Assembly: GCF_009834535.1 (NCBI RefSeq)
Contig: NC_045696.1
Span: 112,904,001 to 112,968,000 of the forward strand
Source: Camelus ferus
Taxonomy: Eukaryota
Length of the DNA: 64,000 nucleotides
Direction of reading: 5' to 3'
Below the pieces are notes generated by a model that saw nothing but the letters and a program-made list of their open reading frames with translations, was not told the origin of the DNA and made no database searches. The position numbers and the translations under genes were made by a program. Shown one piece after another: positions 37,550 to 50,725 of this stretch (the first letter of the stretch is position 1; each line of letters opens with the position of its first letter).

Positions 37550-38899
37550 GAGCAAATTGTGCTTGTTTTATCCAAAGGTGACTTAGGAAAAGGCTGCTGC
37601 AAAGGAACAGAAGGTGAAATAGCAAAATGCTGTATATTCTGCTTGAATGTATCTGTTGTTCAATTAAATTGGGTTAGAAGCTCGATGTTGAGCCAACTGT
37701 CCTGGATGCATATGTGCATACGTACCCTACAGGCCCTAATCTCTCCTTTGCTGTGGCCTATGAGATAACGCCTAATGACAGATGGGAAACTGTTTTAATT
37801 AGAAAAGAGTTCAGAGGAAACTAAAAAAATGCTTCTCTTGTCACTTCATTGCTTTGTTCCACGCCTTCTTTCCCTGGGTGGCACCCTGTTAGTGCAGGCC
37901 TTCTTAACCACACATCAGTTTTACTTAATAGACTGTCTAATGTGCACTTATCTCCTGGAGTCAGTGAGGATCTTCAGTCAAGGCTAAGCTGGGTCTGACA
38001 GGTTTTTCATTTATCATCCCTAATGACCTCTAAGTATTTCACTGACTTGGGCTTTTATTTCTGCGGTAAACATTTTGCTAACTAGCCATAGGTCACGTAG
38101 GCACATTACCAACTCCCTGCTCATTTTTCATTATTGGGCAGCTGACCTTCGCTGGGTAAACCAAGTCCTTTTTGCTCTTGTGACTTCATGACGTTGGCAG
38201 CAGCGGTGAGTATGCACCACTTTCTCTAATCCACAACCTGAGAAAAGGAACCCTCTTTTAAGAATCCTTTCAACCTCATTAGGTAATTTACCTGCTGATG
38301 TATTCTGAAAAGATGAATTGTCTTATGTTGTTATGTTTCTACTGAGTGATGAAATAGCATGTGGGCAAGGCAAGAGAAATACGGAATTACAAATTTAAAG
38401 ACACTGGTTCTGTATTCAGAGGCATCCATAAAAGGTAACGAGATGTTATTGCAAGATACCGAGATCCATTTTGGGGGTCCTGTGTATTTCCTAGGTTATT
38501 AATTTACTTTGCAACTTTAGGAACTTATTGTCAAACAAAAGAATTGTAGGTGATTCATAATTAGTGAATGTGCTTTTTTTTTTGTAGCAACATTTGTAAA
38601 AATCATCTTATTTCTTGATACATTCATTTCCATCTGTTGGGCAGTTTGTGAGAAATATATAACTTAAAATGTCATGCTTGCAGATTTTTTTTTCCTCTCC
38701 CTGTATTTTGAGGAAAATATTAGGGTTTTGAGTCAACTAAATGGCTTTAGGATGAAAATGGATGAAATAATGTGTTTTAATAAACTGCACATTTTCTCTG
38801 CTCTCTGTCAGTCGCTGAAACATACCAGTAAGCAGTTTCTTAATCTAGAAAATCATTTCAGCAGCAAAAATTCAAACTTTCTGATAATGGAAGGTGGAA

Positions 38900-39128
38900 G
38901 AGTGGTTCTCAACTGGGGATGAGTTTGCCCCCTACGGGACATTTGGCAAAGTCTGGAGACAACTTAGATGGTCAGAAACTGGGGAGGGGGAGGGGAAGGG
39001 GAGGATGAGGTGGATGGATGTGCAGTTGGCATCTAGTGGGTAGAGGCCAAGGATGCTGCCCAACTCCCTATGATGCAAAGCACAACAAAGCCCAGAGCAT
39101 CAGTAGTGCTGAGACTGAGGAAGGCTCT
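38900..39128. mobile_element. MER20-like hAT MITE
   Basis: GTGGTTCTCAAC...GGGACATTTGGCAAAGTCTGGAGAC...TGGCATCTAGTGGGTAGAGGCCAAGGATGCTGC. Confidence 0.85.
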
Positions 39129-39689
39129 TCTCGAATCTTGTTTTAAATAAGAAGGCACATGAAAACCCCTGAGAGTCTGAAGTTTACATATTGGATCATG
39201 ATCCTTCCGAAAGGTGAGGATGAAGCAGCCCTAAAAGAGGAGCTCACTTAGGATATAAGAAGAGGGGAAACATTTTGTCCTTTGGGCTCTATATCTCATT
39301 AACACAAGTGCATGAATATTTCCATTATGGTGAATCATGACCACTTGTTCATTAGTGCCTACAAGCCATCTTATTTGTTATTCCTAATTTTAATATGCTG
39401 TGAAATCAGGATGTGGCAGCACCGCACACCAGGAAATGTGTTCTTCCCTTTTCTAAGAGTACATACGCTGATGGTTAAATATGGTCTTGAACCTGTGAAA
39501 GTATATGCTCTCTCTCTGCTTTGTATTCTGCTCGTAGAGCACAGCCTTCAAAACATGGTAATGATTTAAATTAGATGTTCCTCTAAACTATTTTTTGTTG
39601 AAATACAGGATCATGATAAAAGAAAAAAAGTGGAAAACCTTGATGGGGCTAAATCCTACAGGATAAAGGATTTTATGAATTTCACAATG

Positions 39690-40020
39690 TGTTAGTTCTA
39701 TTCTTTTTCAGAACACATTCTGGCGTAGTCTCTTGCCATTTCATTCTGTTGTTTACTCGTTGCTTTATTCTGACTTGCACCTGGTTTCTTATAGCGTATG
39801 TTACGTTTTATACCTTGTCAGAACAAAGAAGATCAAATAAGTCAGGGATACATTTCTTCAAGGTTAAAAAAAATAGATCAGCACATACACAGCAAGTCAG
39901 TGTGGCCTTGGCACCTTGGAAGGGAGTCTTATCATCCAAGGAGGACCAGCATTGCTGTCCCAGGAAGGGAGGCATCTAATCTTTATTTTTAACATGGGCA
40001 CTCTTTATTTCTGGTTAACA
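39690..40020 (-). mobile_element. 3' LTR of the minus-strand ERV
   Basis: Minus strand TGTTAA...CTAACA termini, preceded by PPT AGAAGAAAAGGGCA (40021-40034), AATAAA at 39764-39769. Confidence 0.75.
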
Positions 40021-40269
40021 TGCCCTTTTCTTCTATACTAAAGCAGATGTAAAATGTATGTTTGATAGACCACAAACAGGCTGTTTTATTTAGCATAAAA
40101 TTCAAGTTCATGTATATATAAGCCAGAATGACTTTCCCATAGCTCAGCTTGTGAAAGTTTCTTTCACCACTTCCCCCTTCTTGATCATAAATCTTTTGAT
40201 GGAAAGCATGCATGGTTGCTGCCTGCCCTGGGTCCATCATGTCCCATGGTGCTAAGCCTTCTATTCATA

Positions 40270-41480
40270 ACCATATAGAATTGTCACATAAACATTATAC
40301 ATATGCTTTTAGCAGTAGCGTTAAAGCAAGCAGTGATACATATCATGAGTAGCTTGATAGCTAGGAAAGAATGATAATACATATTTTGAAAATGATAATC
40401 ATCTGTAAAGCAGAGCAGAAAAAAACTGTATTCCTGAGGGGAGCCAACTGAACATTTAAAGGATCAGTTTTTCTTACATCGTGTAGCCATTTTGCCTTTT
40501 GGGGAATTTTTTTCTAGGTCATTCTCAACTTCTCCAGAGGTGATGATATAAGTACAAGTAGTAAGAGCAGTAGCACAAGTACCTCCTTGTTGAGCCAGTA
40601 GAAAATCTAAGGCAACCCTATTCTCTAATACTACTTGGACTAAGGAATCTGGGGGTGTCTGTTGTGCTGAAATGTCTTTTGCAGTCTTCCCAGCTATTTG
40701 ACCAATGGTGACTGATCGATTCTGATTTGTTGACATATACTCTTGCATTAGGGACTGAGATTCCCAAAAGATTCTGCCACCAGGTATCTTGGGATCTTGC
40801 TAACATGGATCTCTTCACTCTGTAATGAAGAGAGAAAGGAGGCCTCTCTATTTCCTGATGTACAGACAATGGGGCAACACAATGTCCTAATAGATATAAA
40901 CCTTCTACTTGTCAGCTATTAAGACATGTATGTGCCCCTCCTTGGGAAGGTGGAGTAGTTCCAATACCATATAACAGGACAAAACCTGGGGAAGAGTTCT
41001 CTCACTGACAGCCTCATAAACTGGAAGTTTTGTCAATACTTTGTTAAACCATGGCTCACTTTTCTTGTAGACTTTCCAAAAGTCACTTGCACGGCATTTA
41101 ACATATAGTCGTTGCTGGCATAATTTACTTGCCTTTTTCTCTTTAAGACATCTTTCAACTGAGTAAGGAACAGGGCAAGGGGGTCCTGGGGCAAGTTGTG
41201 CTTGGTCTCTAAGGATTGAGGATAGCATCAGACAAGGGGTGGACATATTAATATGTTGAAGAATGTGAACCTGAAGTTTAGGCCAGGTGGAGGTTAGGCC
41301 GGTGACTGGTGACATTGGGAACGTCGGAAAAGTCAGTGAGACATATTGTGAAGGGCTTATCTCAGTAGCTATACTTTGTGACAACTTTACTAAAGGATTT
41401 TCTTTCCATCCTGAATATTGGGGCAAAAGTATAGCTAGAAGAAAAATAAGAATTTTCAACTTCGATAGGGAGACAAACAT
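40270..41480 (-). pseudogene. env: Degenerate gamma-type ERV envelope gene
   Basis: Signal-peptide-like MFVSLSKLKILIFLLAILLPQYSG (ATG 41480), furin-like RVKR (~40820), ISD-like VVLENRVALDFLLAQQGG and degraded CX6CC motif (CATALTTCT); spread over several frames with stops. Confidence 0.85.
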
Positions 41481-41659
41481 TGGCAATCAGTTCACTTGAA
41501 CTAGTAGGATGCATCTTATGATCCTGGTCTCAACTGGTGGGTCAGCTGTCTACCCCTGTTGTCATCTTTTTCTCGTCCTGCCTTGATGGATGTTTTAAAG
41601 TGAGTTTGAGTTTATCAGTCCTCTCTATGGACCAGCTCTTTATGGACCAGTCCAGTACA

Positions 41660-42530
41660 GAGGCACTTTATAAGTGAAAAATATAAATTCAAAATTCAAC
41701 TCCCTTCACTCTAACTTGAAAAGATACATGCATCCCAATGTTCAGAGCAGCAAAATTTACAACAGCCAAGACATGGAAACAACCTAAATGTCCATCCACA
41801 GATGACTGGATAAAGAAGTTGTGGTATATTTATACAATGGAATACTACTCAGCCATAAAAAACAATAAAATAATGCCATTTGCAGTAACACAGATGGACC
41901 TGGAGATTGTCATACTAAGTGAAGTAAGCTAGAAAGAGAAAGAAAAATGCCGTAAAATGCCATTCACTTATATGTGGAATCTGAAAAAAGACACTACTGA
42001 ACTCATCTACAAAACAGAAACAGACTTGCAGACATAATAAACAATCTTATGTTTATCAGGAGGAAAGGGGGTAGGAAGGAATAAATTTGGGAATTCAAGA
42101 TTTGCAAATATTAACTACCATATAAAAATAGATAAAAACAAATTTCTTCTGTATAGCACAGGGAAATATATTCAATATCTTGTAATAACCTTTAATGAAA
42201 AAGAACATGAAAACATATGTATATATGCATGACTGGGACATTGTGCTGTGCACCAGAAATTGACACATTGTAACTGACTGTACTTCAATTAAAAAAAAAG
42301 TCAACTCCCTTCAGTTTCACTGTGCATGAGCTAGTTAAAAGTACCTGATAAGGGTTTTCCCATCTAAGTTGCAGAAAAAATTGTGTTTAAATGATATCTT
42401 TTCCAGTATGCACAATCTCCTGGGTGCAAGTCATGGGGGATCTGATCTCCATCCAAAGATAGGTTACTGCGAGCAGTTTCAGAAACAAGCCAAGAACATC
42501 CTTTTAATAATTCAATTAAACTTTCCAATA
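41660..42530 (-). pseudogene. pol: ERV pol integrase C-terminal remnant, interrupted by an L1
   Basis: HDLHPGDCAYWKRYHL...LRWENPYQVLLTSSCTVKLKGV resembles the gamma-like IN C-terminal motif (LQPRWKGPYQVLLT). Confidence 0.8.
41709..42300 (+). mobile_element. 5'-truncated L1 inserted in ERV pol
   Basis: ORF 41738-41932 (TTAKTWKQPKCPSTDDWIKKLWYIYTMEYYSAIK) is the L1 ORF2 end; A tail; 13-bp TSD TCAACTCCCTTCA (41696-41708 / 42301-42313). Confidence 0.95.
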
Positions 42531-43089
42531 AAAAGGCTATTTTAATTAGCATAAAATTCACGTTAACTTATTTGTAAGCCAGAATGACTTCCCCATAACT
42601 CAAAGTGTGAACACTTCTTTCCTCGCTGCCAAGAGCACAGAGATTGTCAAAGCATGTTTCCTTCCATTTGCTGTGATAAGGTGAACACCTTGTGCCATGT
42701 GCAAATACATTGTATTATTTGGCCTCAGTCTATTTTTTTTTCCTGTGTCTGTGGCATAAAACAAGGGTGAACTCCAACTGTAGTATGTGGCATAAGTTAT
42801 GCCAAGACCATTTTACAGCTCCACATGCACAGTGACCTTTGCTCTTGGCTTTTGGTATCAATCTCTGAAGCCATGCAGAACAATTTGGCTAGGCTTGATA
42901 CCGAAAAATTCCTGGTATGGCGGCTTCAGCAGAGTAAAGAGCCAGGGAGAGGTAAGGAGGGACCTGTGAAGATGTTGCTCAAATACAAGTGGAAAATGAA
43001 AGGGTCTTAGGTGGGTTCTCATTTAAAATTTCTCAAGCCAGATGTCTGACTTTGTGCCTCTGAACATCAGCCATTTGTCTCTATTATAT

Positions 43090-43530
43090 CCTAGCAACGT
43101 GACACTGCAGGTCCTCCCCTTGACAGGTAGAGCCTGTTTTTCCTTCCCTCCAGTTTCAGTTGAACATGGGACTTACTTGCTTTGGCTGATGGAACTTCAG
43201 CAAATGTGATATAAGCAGAGACTTGAAAAATGCTGTGCTTTGGAGTTTGCTCTCTCGCTGGTCTTTGGACCCTGAAATCACCATGTGCAGAGCCCAGGCT
43301 GGCACGTTGGAAGATGAGAAACCACCAGGAGCAAAGCTGACCCACCACAGCCAAGGGCCCCCAGGCTGACCAGGCTGCCAACCACCAGATGTGTGAGAGG
43401 AACATAGATCATCCAAACCCAAATTAGGGAACTGCTCAGGTAACCCCCTGAATCCTGAAAAACAATAAATGGTTTCTTCTTGAAGTCATTACCTTTGAGG
43501 GTGGCTTGTTAGGCAGCAAGAGCTAACTAA
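43090..43530 (+). mobile_element. MLT1 (MaLR) LTR
   Basis: ACTTGCTTTGGCTGATGGAA...CAGATGTGTGAG...AATAAATGG...GGTGGCTTGTTAGGCAGCAA.AGCTAAC. Confidence 0.75.
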
Positions 43531-45520
43531 CCCAATTAAGTCAGAGGTGACATGTTACTACGGGACTGACCAACGAGGCATGTCAGATGGCCGTAATTGT
43601 GAGGTTGGCAGTGTTTGTTGAACTCACTAGTCTCTTAAGATGGTCCAAAGTATGAAAAACGGACTCGCTGATCCAACTTTTGGGGATCACTGCATTCTAA
43701 AGCATTTTGCACTTAGAGATTTGTGAAACAAATTAGCACATTAAATATTCCAAGAAATCATGCAGTTAAAAAAAAAACAACAACCAAATCTGCTAAAAAA
43801 TTTTAAAGCCCGCCCCCAACTTCCCAAACTTTTAGGACCTCTTGGCATCACAGTCATGGCATCATCACTGCTGAAACCCTGCTCTGAAGATAATGGTAGG
43901 GGACTAGACAAGAACTGTGAGATTGAGGTTATGGTCAGAGATGTAGCATTTGCAAACTGTAGGGCCTTTAGTGAATCTGACTTGGTAGAATTAGATAAAA
44001 TGAGTGACATGATTCCTGCTCTGAATCCCTTCTAAGTTGTCCACCTGTTCATGTCACTCAGGATGGAAATTCAGATGATGCATTGACACTTTATGCTCTG
44101 TACCATAGTCTGTTCCAGTAAGTTGTGCCAGCCCTGAAGTGGCAAATCATTCATTCATCTCTAAGTCTTTTTTGAGAAACTGCTGTGTGTCAGGCACTAT
44201 TCTGAGTGCTGGGAATACATTAGTGATCAAGTCTCCCTATGAGAACTTGATTCTAGTAGAGGAAAGAAATAGCTACTATAATATCAAATGGTAATGAGGA
44301 CTTTGTGGAGCAAAACTGGGTTAAGGGCTAGAGCATTGTGCTTAAACTTCCACTTGCATCAGAATCACTTGGGGATTTGTTAAGATACAGATTTTGAGGC
44401 CCCATCCCCCAGGGTTTCTGATTCAGTAGGTCTCAAATGAAGACTCAGAATTTTCATTTCTAACAAATTCCCAAGTGATCCTGATGCTGCAGGAAGGGGA
44501 AGTTCAGGAAAGGCCCCTCTGACCATCAGAGACTTTGTGAAGTGAAGGAGGAAATCATGGAGGGATTTGGGAAGAGAATTTTAGGTAGAGAGCTCAGCAC
44601 AGTGCATGCAAAGGCCCTGAGGCAGAATTGAGTTTGTTGTGCTGGAGGAATAGCAAGGGCTAATTTTCCTAATAGCCATTGGTGTGGTAGCAAACCAGTG
44701 CCCTTGTCACTCTCACAGCATAAGTTATAGGTGGCAGTCTTCACCAGTCCTTCACAGGCCTACTAGGCCCAACGGAATTGAGCTTTCAACTGAATTATTG
44801 ATAAAAGTCACATTTAAAAATAGTTAATGGGGGGGGGGAAAAAAAGAACCATTAAGAGTTGAGGAGTTTAGGTTAAAGTATGTGTCAAAACAAGAAGAGG
44901 AAACGGCTCATGTGTCATGCTTCACTTGTGGAGGTACACTGGTTTCCGTTTGAACCCAGAACTGGGTATCACTTAAATTCACAAAGTCCCTGTGTCCTTG
45001 CCTCTGGCTTGCAGAAGAGCCTGAGATTCATCAGGTCAAAGCATATCATCTCAACCCAGCTCTCTCTGTATTGGTGGGTTTCCCCAGACAACAGTACAGT
45101 ATGTTATCTAAAAAATATAATCTAAAATTACTAAAGTATAGATAATAAAAATACTACCTAAAAATGGAATGCTGTACACTTGGGAGATGCTTTTCCACAG
45201 TCTTTATCTCATTAGAACCTCACAATTTGATTTCAGGATGCAGGAAAGGCAGAAACCAATATTCCTGTGCTACAGATGACTGAGGCTTGGAGAAGCCAAC
45301 CCTCAGAACCATCTTTTTCTTTATTCTTCATATGGTCTTTTTTTTTCTGAAAGGCAAACTGATTGTGCAAACAGCCACAAAGACATAGTAAGGAGTGGAG
45401 CAGGGCCCTGGAGGCCATGCCTATGACCTTCCCACCACGGCCTTTCTTGAGAACATTTGGTCTCAGGTCTCTGCCTACCACTTGTGTGCCTTTTAGCATC
45501 AACATCAACCATGAACAGGA

Positions 45521-45736
45521 TTTGCAAATGATCACCACTATATATAAAAACAGATAACAAACAAATTTCTTCTGTAGAGCACAGGGAGCTATATTCAATA
45601 TCTTGTAATAACCTTTAATGAAAAAGAATATGAGAACAAATAGATGTATATACAGACATGACTGGGACATTGTGCTGTACACCAGAAATTGACACATTGT
45701 AACTGACTATCCATCAATAAAATTTAAAAAAAAAGT
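45521..45736 (+). mobile_element. Short L1 3' end
   Basis: Closely similar to ~42100-42300; TSD CATGAACAGGA (45510-45520) / CATAAACAGGA (45737-45747). Confidence 0.85.
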
Positions 45737-46214
45737 CATAAACAGGAAAACTAAACTCCACCAAGCATCCAAGAACCAAGAACTCACGTCAACATTTTGA
45801 AAGTGAGATTTTAGTTAATCCCCTTGGTAATGAGGATTCTTCTCATTTTGTAGATGAAAACAACTGAGGCTCAAGGACGTTAACTAATGGGTCTGAGGGC
45901 AATAATGTGAGTGGTTCAGCCCCATTTCTCACTACTGGTGTTTCCTCTGACCTCAACAGCCGCAAAGCCTTCTTCCTAACACTCCAGTGAAGCCTAAAGG
46001 AAGAAGGAAGAAGTGGGCATCAATGTGCCAGGAAGGAGTCACCTCCTGCTAGAATAGTTTCATGGCAGTCAATCCAATAATTCATTTTTTTTTACGCTCA
46101 GAGATTAAAAGGGTTAAAAAAATTAGTCGAGAGGGAATGACCATCACTTTCTTTAGAAAACTCAAATATCCTCATAGGAAGAACTATACTTCATCATTAT
46201 CATTATTATTATTA

Positions 46215-47610
46215 TTTATTTATTAAGATTTTATTGTGTAGAGCAGTTTTAGGTACACAGCAAAATTGAGGGGAAAGACACAGGCATTTCCCATGTACCA
46301 CCTGCCCCCAACACATGCATAGCCTCCCCCATTGTCAACACCCCCCACCAGAGTGGTACATTGGTTACAATGTTACAATCAATGAACCTGCATTGACATA
46401 TCCTAATCACCCGAAGTCCATAGTTCCCATTATGGTTCACTCTTGGTGTTGTACATTCTGTGGGTTTGGACAAATATATAATGGCATGTATCCATCATTA
46501 TAGTATCAAACAGAGATGTTGCCCTAAAAATCATCTGTGTTTCACAATTTCATCCCTCTCCCTGCTGCCAATCCCTGGGAAGCACTGATCTTTTTACTTT
46601 CTCCATAGTTTTGCCTTTTCCAAAATGTCTTATAGTCAGAATGATACAGTAGGTAGCCTTTTCAGATTGTCTTCTTTCACTTCTACGAATATGCATTTAA
46701 GGTTTTTCCATGTCTTTTCATGGTTTCGTAGCTCTTTTTTAGTGCTGAATACTATTCCATTTGCTGGATGCACTGCAATTTATTCTTTCCCCTACTGGAG
46801 GCCATCTTGTTTTGCTTCCAAAGTTTGCCAATTATGAATAAGGTTCCTATAAATAATTGTGTGCAGGTTTTTGCATGGGCATAAATTTTCAGCTCCTTTG
46901 GGTGACTACTAAGGAGCATGATTGCTGGATCATATGGTAAGAATATGTTTAGTTTTGTAAGAAACCGCCAAACTATCTACCAATGTGGCTGTACCATTTT
47001 GCATTTCCACCAACAATGAATGAGAGTTCCATTTGCTCCACATCCTCATCAGCATCTGCTGTTGTCAGAGTTCTTGGCATTCTATTTTGGCTATTCTAAT
47101 AGGTTGGTAGTGGTGTCTAGTTGTTTTAATTTGCATTTTCCTGATTATGTCAGATGTGAAGCAACTTTTCATGTGCTTATTTGTCATCTGTACATCTTCT
47201 CTGATGAGGTGACTGTTAAGGTCTTTGGCCCATTTTTTAAATTGGGTTGTTTGTTTTCTTACTGTTGATTTTTAAGAGCTCTTCGTATATTTTGAACAGC
47301 AGCCTTTTATCAGATATGCCTTTTGCAAACATTTTCTTCTAGTCTGTGGCTAGTCTTATTCTCGACATTGCCTTTGACAGGACAACAGTTTTTAATGTTA
47401 ATGAAGTCAGGTTATCAATTTTTTCTTTTGTAAATCGTGCCTTTGGTGTTATTTCTAAAAAGTTATGGGCATACCCAAAGTCATTTAGATTTTCTCCTAT
47501 GTTATTTTTTGAAGTTTTATAGTTTTGCATCCTGCATTTAGACTTATGCTCCATTTTGAGTGAATTTTTGTGAATTGTGTAAGATTTGGGTCTAGGTTCA
47601 ATTTTTTTGT
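46215..47610 (-). mobile_element. L1 (L1MB/MC-like) 3' portion
   Basis: Antisense L1 ORF2 tail and 3' UTR motifs (GGCTGTACCATTTTGCATTTCCACCAACAATG; minus ORF YKTSKNNIGENL). Confidence 0.85.
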
Positions 47611-50139
47611 TCATCACCATCATTTTTAATGTCACGAATGAATGAATGTCATGAATGTCATGAATGAATGCAATAATGAGTAAGAATAATTGAAAGAACT
47701 ATCAGAAAGAACATTTGATGACCTGAAGTTTTAGATTCTCTTGCCATTAATTAATTAAATCCCAGTGAAGCCAAATCAACCTGCAGTTTATCCAAACAGG
47801 CAAATAACACTTCCTGCCATTTGACTTATGTATGTAATGTAAACATATGTAAACAAAGAACTGCTTTCCTCTCTTCCCAAAAGAAGCTGCCACCATTTTT
47901 ACCCCATGAAGTGGAGAATAATACCAGATTCTGCTTTTAAAAAAAATTAAATTTCCCAGGTTTTTAGTTCAGTAAATGCAAAAATATTATTAAGAAAAAA
48001 AAAAAAAAAGGAGCTCTCCATATAATAAAGGTCTTTCTCTGATCACTAACTGAGGATGACATTGCATTTACTTTTGGAAATGAAGAGCCGGGAGGGGTTT
48101 TAGGAATTACTCAGTACAATCCCTTGCATTTATTTATACGAATGCGATGACCAGAAAAGAAGCGAGTAGGTCAAAGTAATGCAAGTAATTATGATTATGG
48201 CTCAGGTCAGATCAGATCAGTGCCACATCCAGCATTTGGAGATTTCTGGATGACTATATTGTCATCTGCTTTGGGGGAAAAAAAAAATCCAGGCATTCTA
48301 GAAACTGGATGCTAGAGAAAGGCATTTTAACTTAAGAGTTTAGTTGCAGTTAGGAAACACTATGGAAAAAAATATTCACGAAAAGGTTTTTCTAAGGACT
48401 GAGTCATTTCCTTCAAAATATCATCATTAAAGGCTAGAACTTGTAAATCAGCAAAGGAGTCTGTCACCAGAAGATATTATTTCTGCAAGTCTGAATGCAG
48501 CCATGTATCTGGTTTGTGCTCAGTCTTTGCCAAGATAAGAGTGTCCCGCCTCTTTCAGGGAATTTACATCCTGTTCACTGACGTGAAGCCTCACAAGGGG
48601 AAGAATTTGATTATCCTGCTCTCTGTTGTCTCTCCAGAACCTGTAATAGTGCCAGACCAGGCCTGGGCAGCTTGTAAATATTGTTACAAATTGTGTTGAG
48701 TTAATTAATTTATTAAAAAATATCTTTAAGAAAAGATTTTAGCTTTTGGCATTTTTCTACCTCTTCAAATACCATCAATTTATTTTTGTTCCTAAATAAG
48801 AGGTCCTACTCACTGACCACCTGCTATGTGCCAAGTTCTGTGTACAACACTGTTCCTCTACTCTCACAGTTATTCCTCACACCATCCCTACCAAGCAGGT
48901 GTGGTTATCTTCCCTATATTTACAGATAAGGAAGCTGAGACACAGAGAGGCTAAGTAAATGCCCAAAGTGTTCAGAAAAGACACAGACCTGGAGCTCACA
49001 TCCTTAGCCAGTCCTCTACCTGACATAACCACAGTGGAAGGTTTTGCTCTAAATCTGCATAAATCGCAATTCAAGCCTTTTTAATTTTTTCTGCCAGTTC
49101 TAGGTTGGATTGTTTGCTCCAAATGTATCATTTACAGATGTTCAAAACATGCTCTGTAGTTGCCTCTGTAGCAGTTATGTGATGAATCTTTTTAAAAATG
49201 CTTTGTAAACTTGGGACCAGGCAAGTTTATTATAATAGAGAGCTGTAATGCATGGAAATAAGAAGTGCCCATAAGACCTGTATTGACCTCAAATTGAGAA
49301 TCTGGCTTAAACTGACAAGTGCAAATAAATTTGAAGTTATGATGGTCACAGCAGATACGATTCAGGGGTTTTAAGAATCTGCAAATCCATAATCCTAGGC
49401 ATCATATTATATGTGTTATTGTTTATACCTCATGAAAATGAGTTAGACACATTTTATTCCCTTCCTCAACAGAAAGAATATTTTCACTGAATTTTTAAAA
49501 ATGACAGTTCCACTTTTGACGCATATAAACATAACTCAAAAAAGGAAGTACACTTAATTATGTTTTGGGGAAGATGTGTCTTGAACCACTAAAGTTCTTT
49601 TGTGATTGGCAAAGAATTTGACGATGTGCTTTACTTTCGTGTGCTCACAATGAACATAGATTTTACTGTCCAATCAGCAATTACTTAGCTCATCTTAAAT
49701 TTAGCTTTCCGGCAGCTAAAAACTAAGATTTAATTTAGAAGTTCTTACCTCCCTTTCCCCCACCCGTCTTTTTCTGAATGCACTTTAATTAATGAGCATC
49801 TTCATTTCTGCATAGGCTTTTAGTATGTGGCTTAGTTCATAGGAATTGATTGGTGGCTGCAAACAGAGCTTGTAATTGCTACATAAGGCAATACTAGTTT
49901 TGAATACTGATTATTTTGAGGATTTTCAGATTATTTTGAGGATTATTTTGAGATTTTTCAGATACTGATAAGTTTTATTCACTCAAGTTAGACTCCACAT
50001 GACTTTATTTAAATATTTTATTTGTGATAACTGTAAGAATGAACAAAAGTCAGCAAACGCTAATTGCCCATCTTCTAGTTGCTCATAATTTTGCTAACAC
50101 CTCAGAGAGCCTTAATAGATTGATTAAGAAATGATATAA

Positions 50140-50725
50140 GACGAGACAGTAATGCCACTCCTGAACATATTCCCAAGAGATATGAGTGCACATATCCACA
50201 AAGAGTTGTTCAAGAATTTTCATAGCTGTTATTCGTAATAGTCTCAACCTGGAAACAACCCAAATGTACATTAATTGTAGAATGAAAAAGCAAATTGCAG
50301 TAAGTGTATATATGTGTATATATATATTAAATATCATATAGATATCTTATGTATATATGATTAAATATCAAATAGAAATTAAAAGAGAGAGAAAGCCTTT
50401 CTAATCCACACCATAATATGGATTTATCTCAGAAACATTACATTGAGTAAAAGAAACCAGATATGAGCGTGATTCTATTTATATGGTAACAAAGAACTGG
50501 CAAAGCTAGTAACTGGTGACAGTGGTCAAAATAGCATTTCCCTCTAGAAGCGAGTGGTTACCAAGAGAGAAAAGATACAGAGACCCTTTCTGGGTTGTTG
50601 GAAATGTCTTCTATTTTGTCGAGGTGGTGATTACACAAGGGTATAAAAACATGAAATTTCATCAAACAGCACTTAGGACTTGTCTGTTTTACTACTCCAT
50701 AAGTTGCATTTCAATTAAAAAAATT
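50140..50725 (+). mobile_element. L1ME-type 3' fragment
   Basis: CACTCCTGAACATATTCCCAAGAGA...CTGGAAACAACCCAAATGT motifs. Confidence 0.7.

Noticed and set aside
49908..49963. Local tandem duplications of GATTATTTTGAG
   Set aside because: Ordinary slippage-type duplication with no further structure
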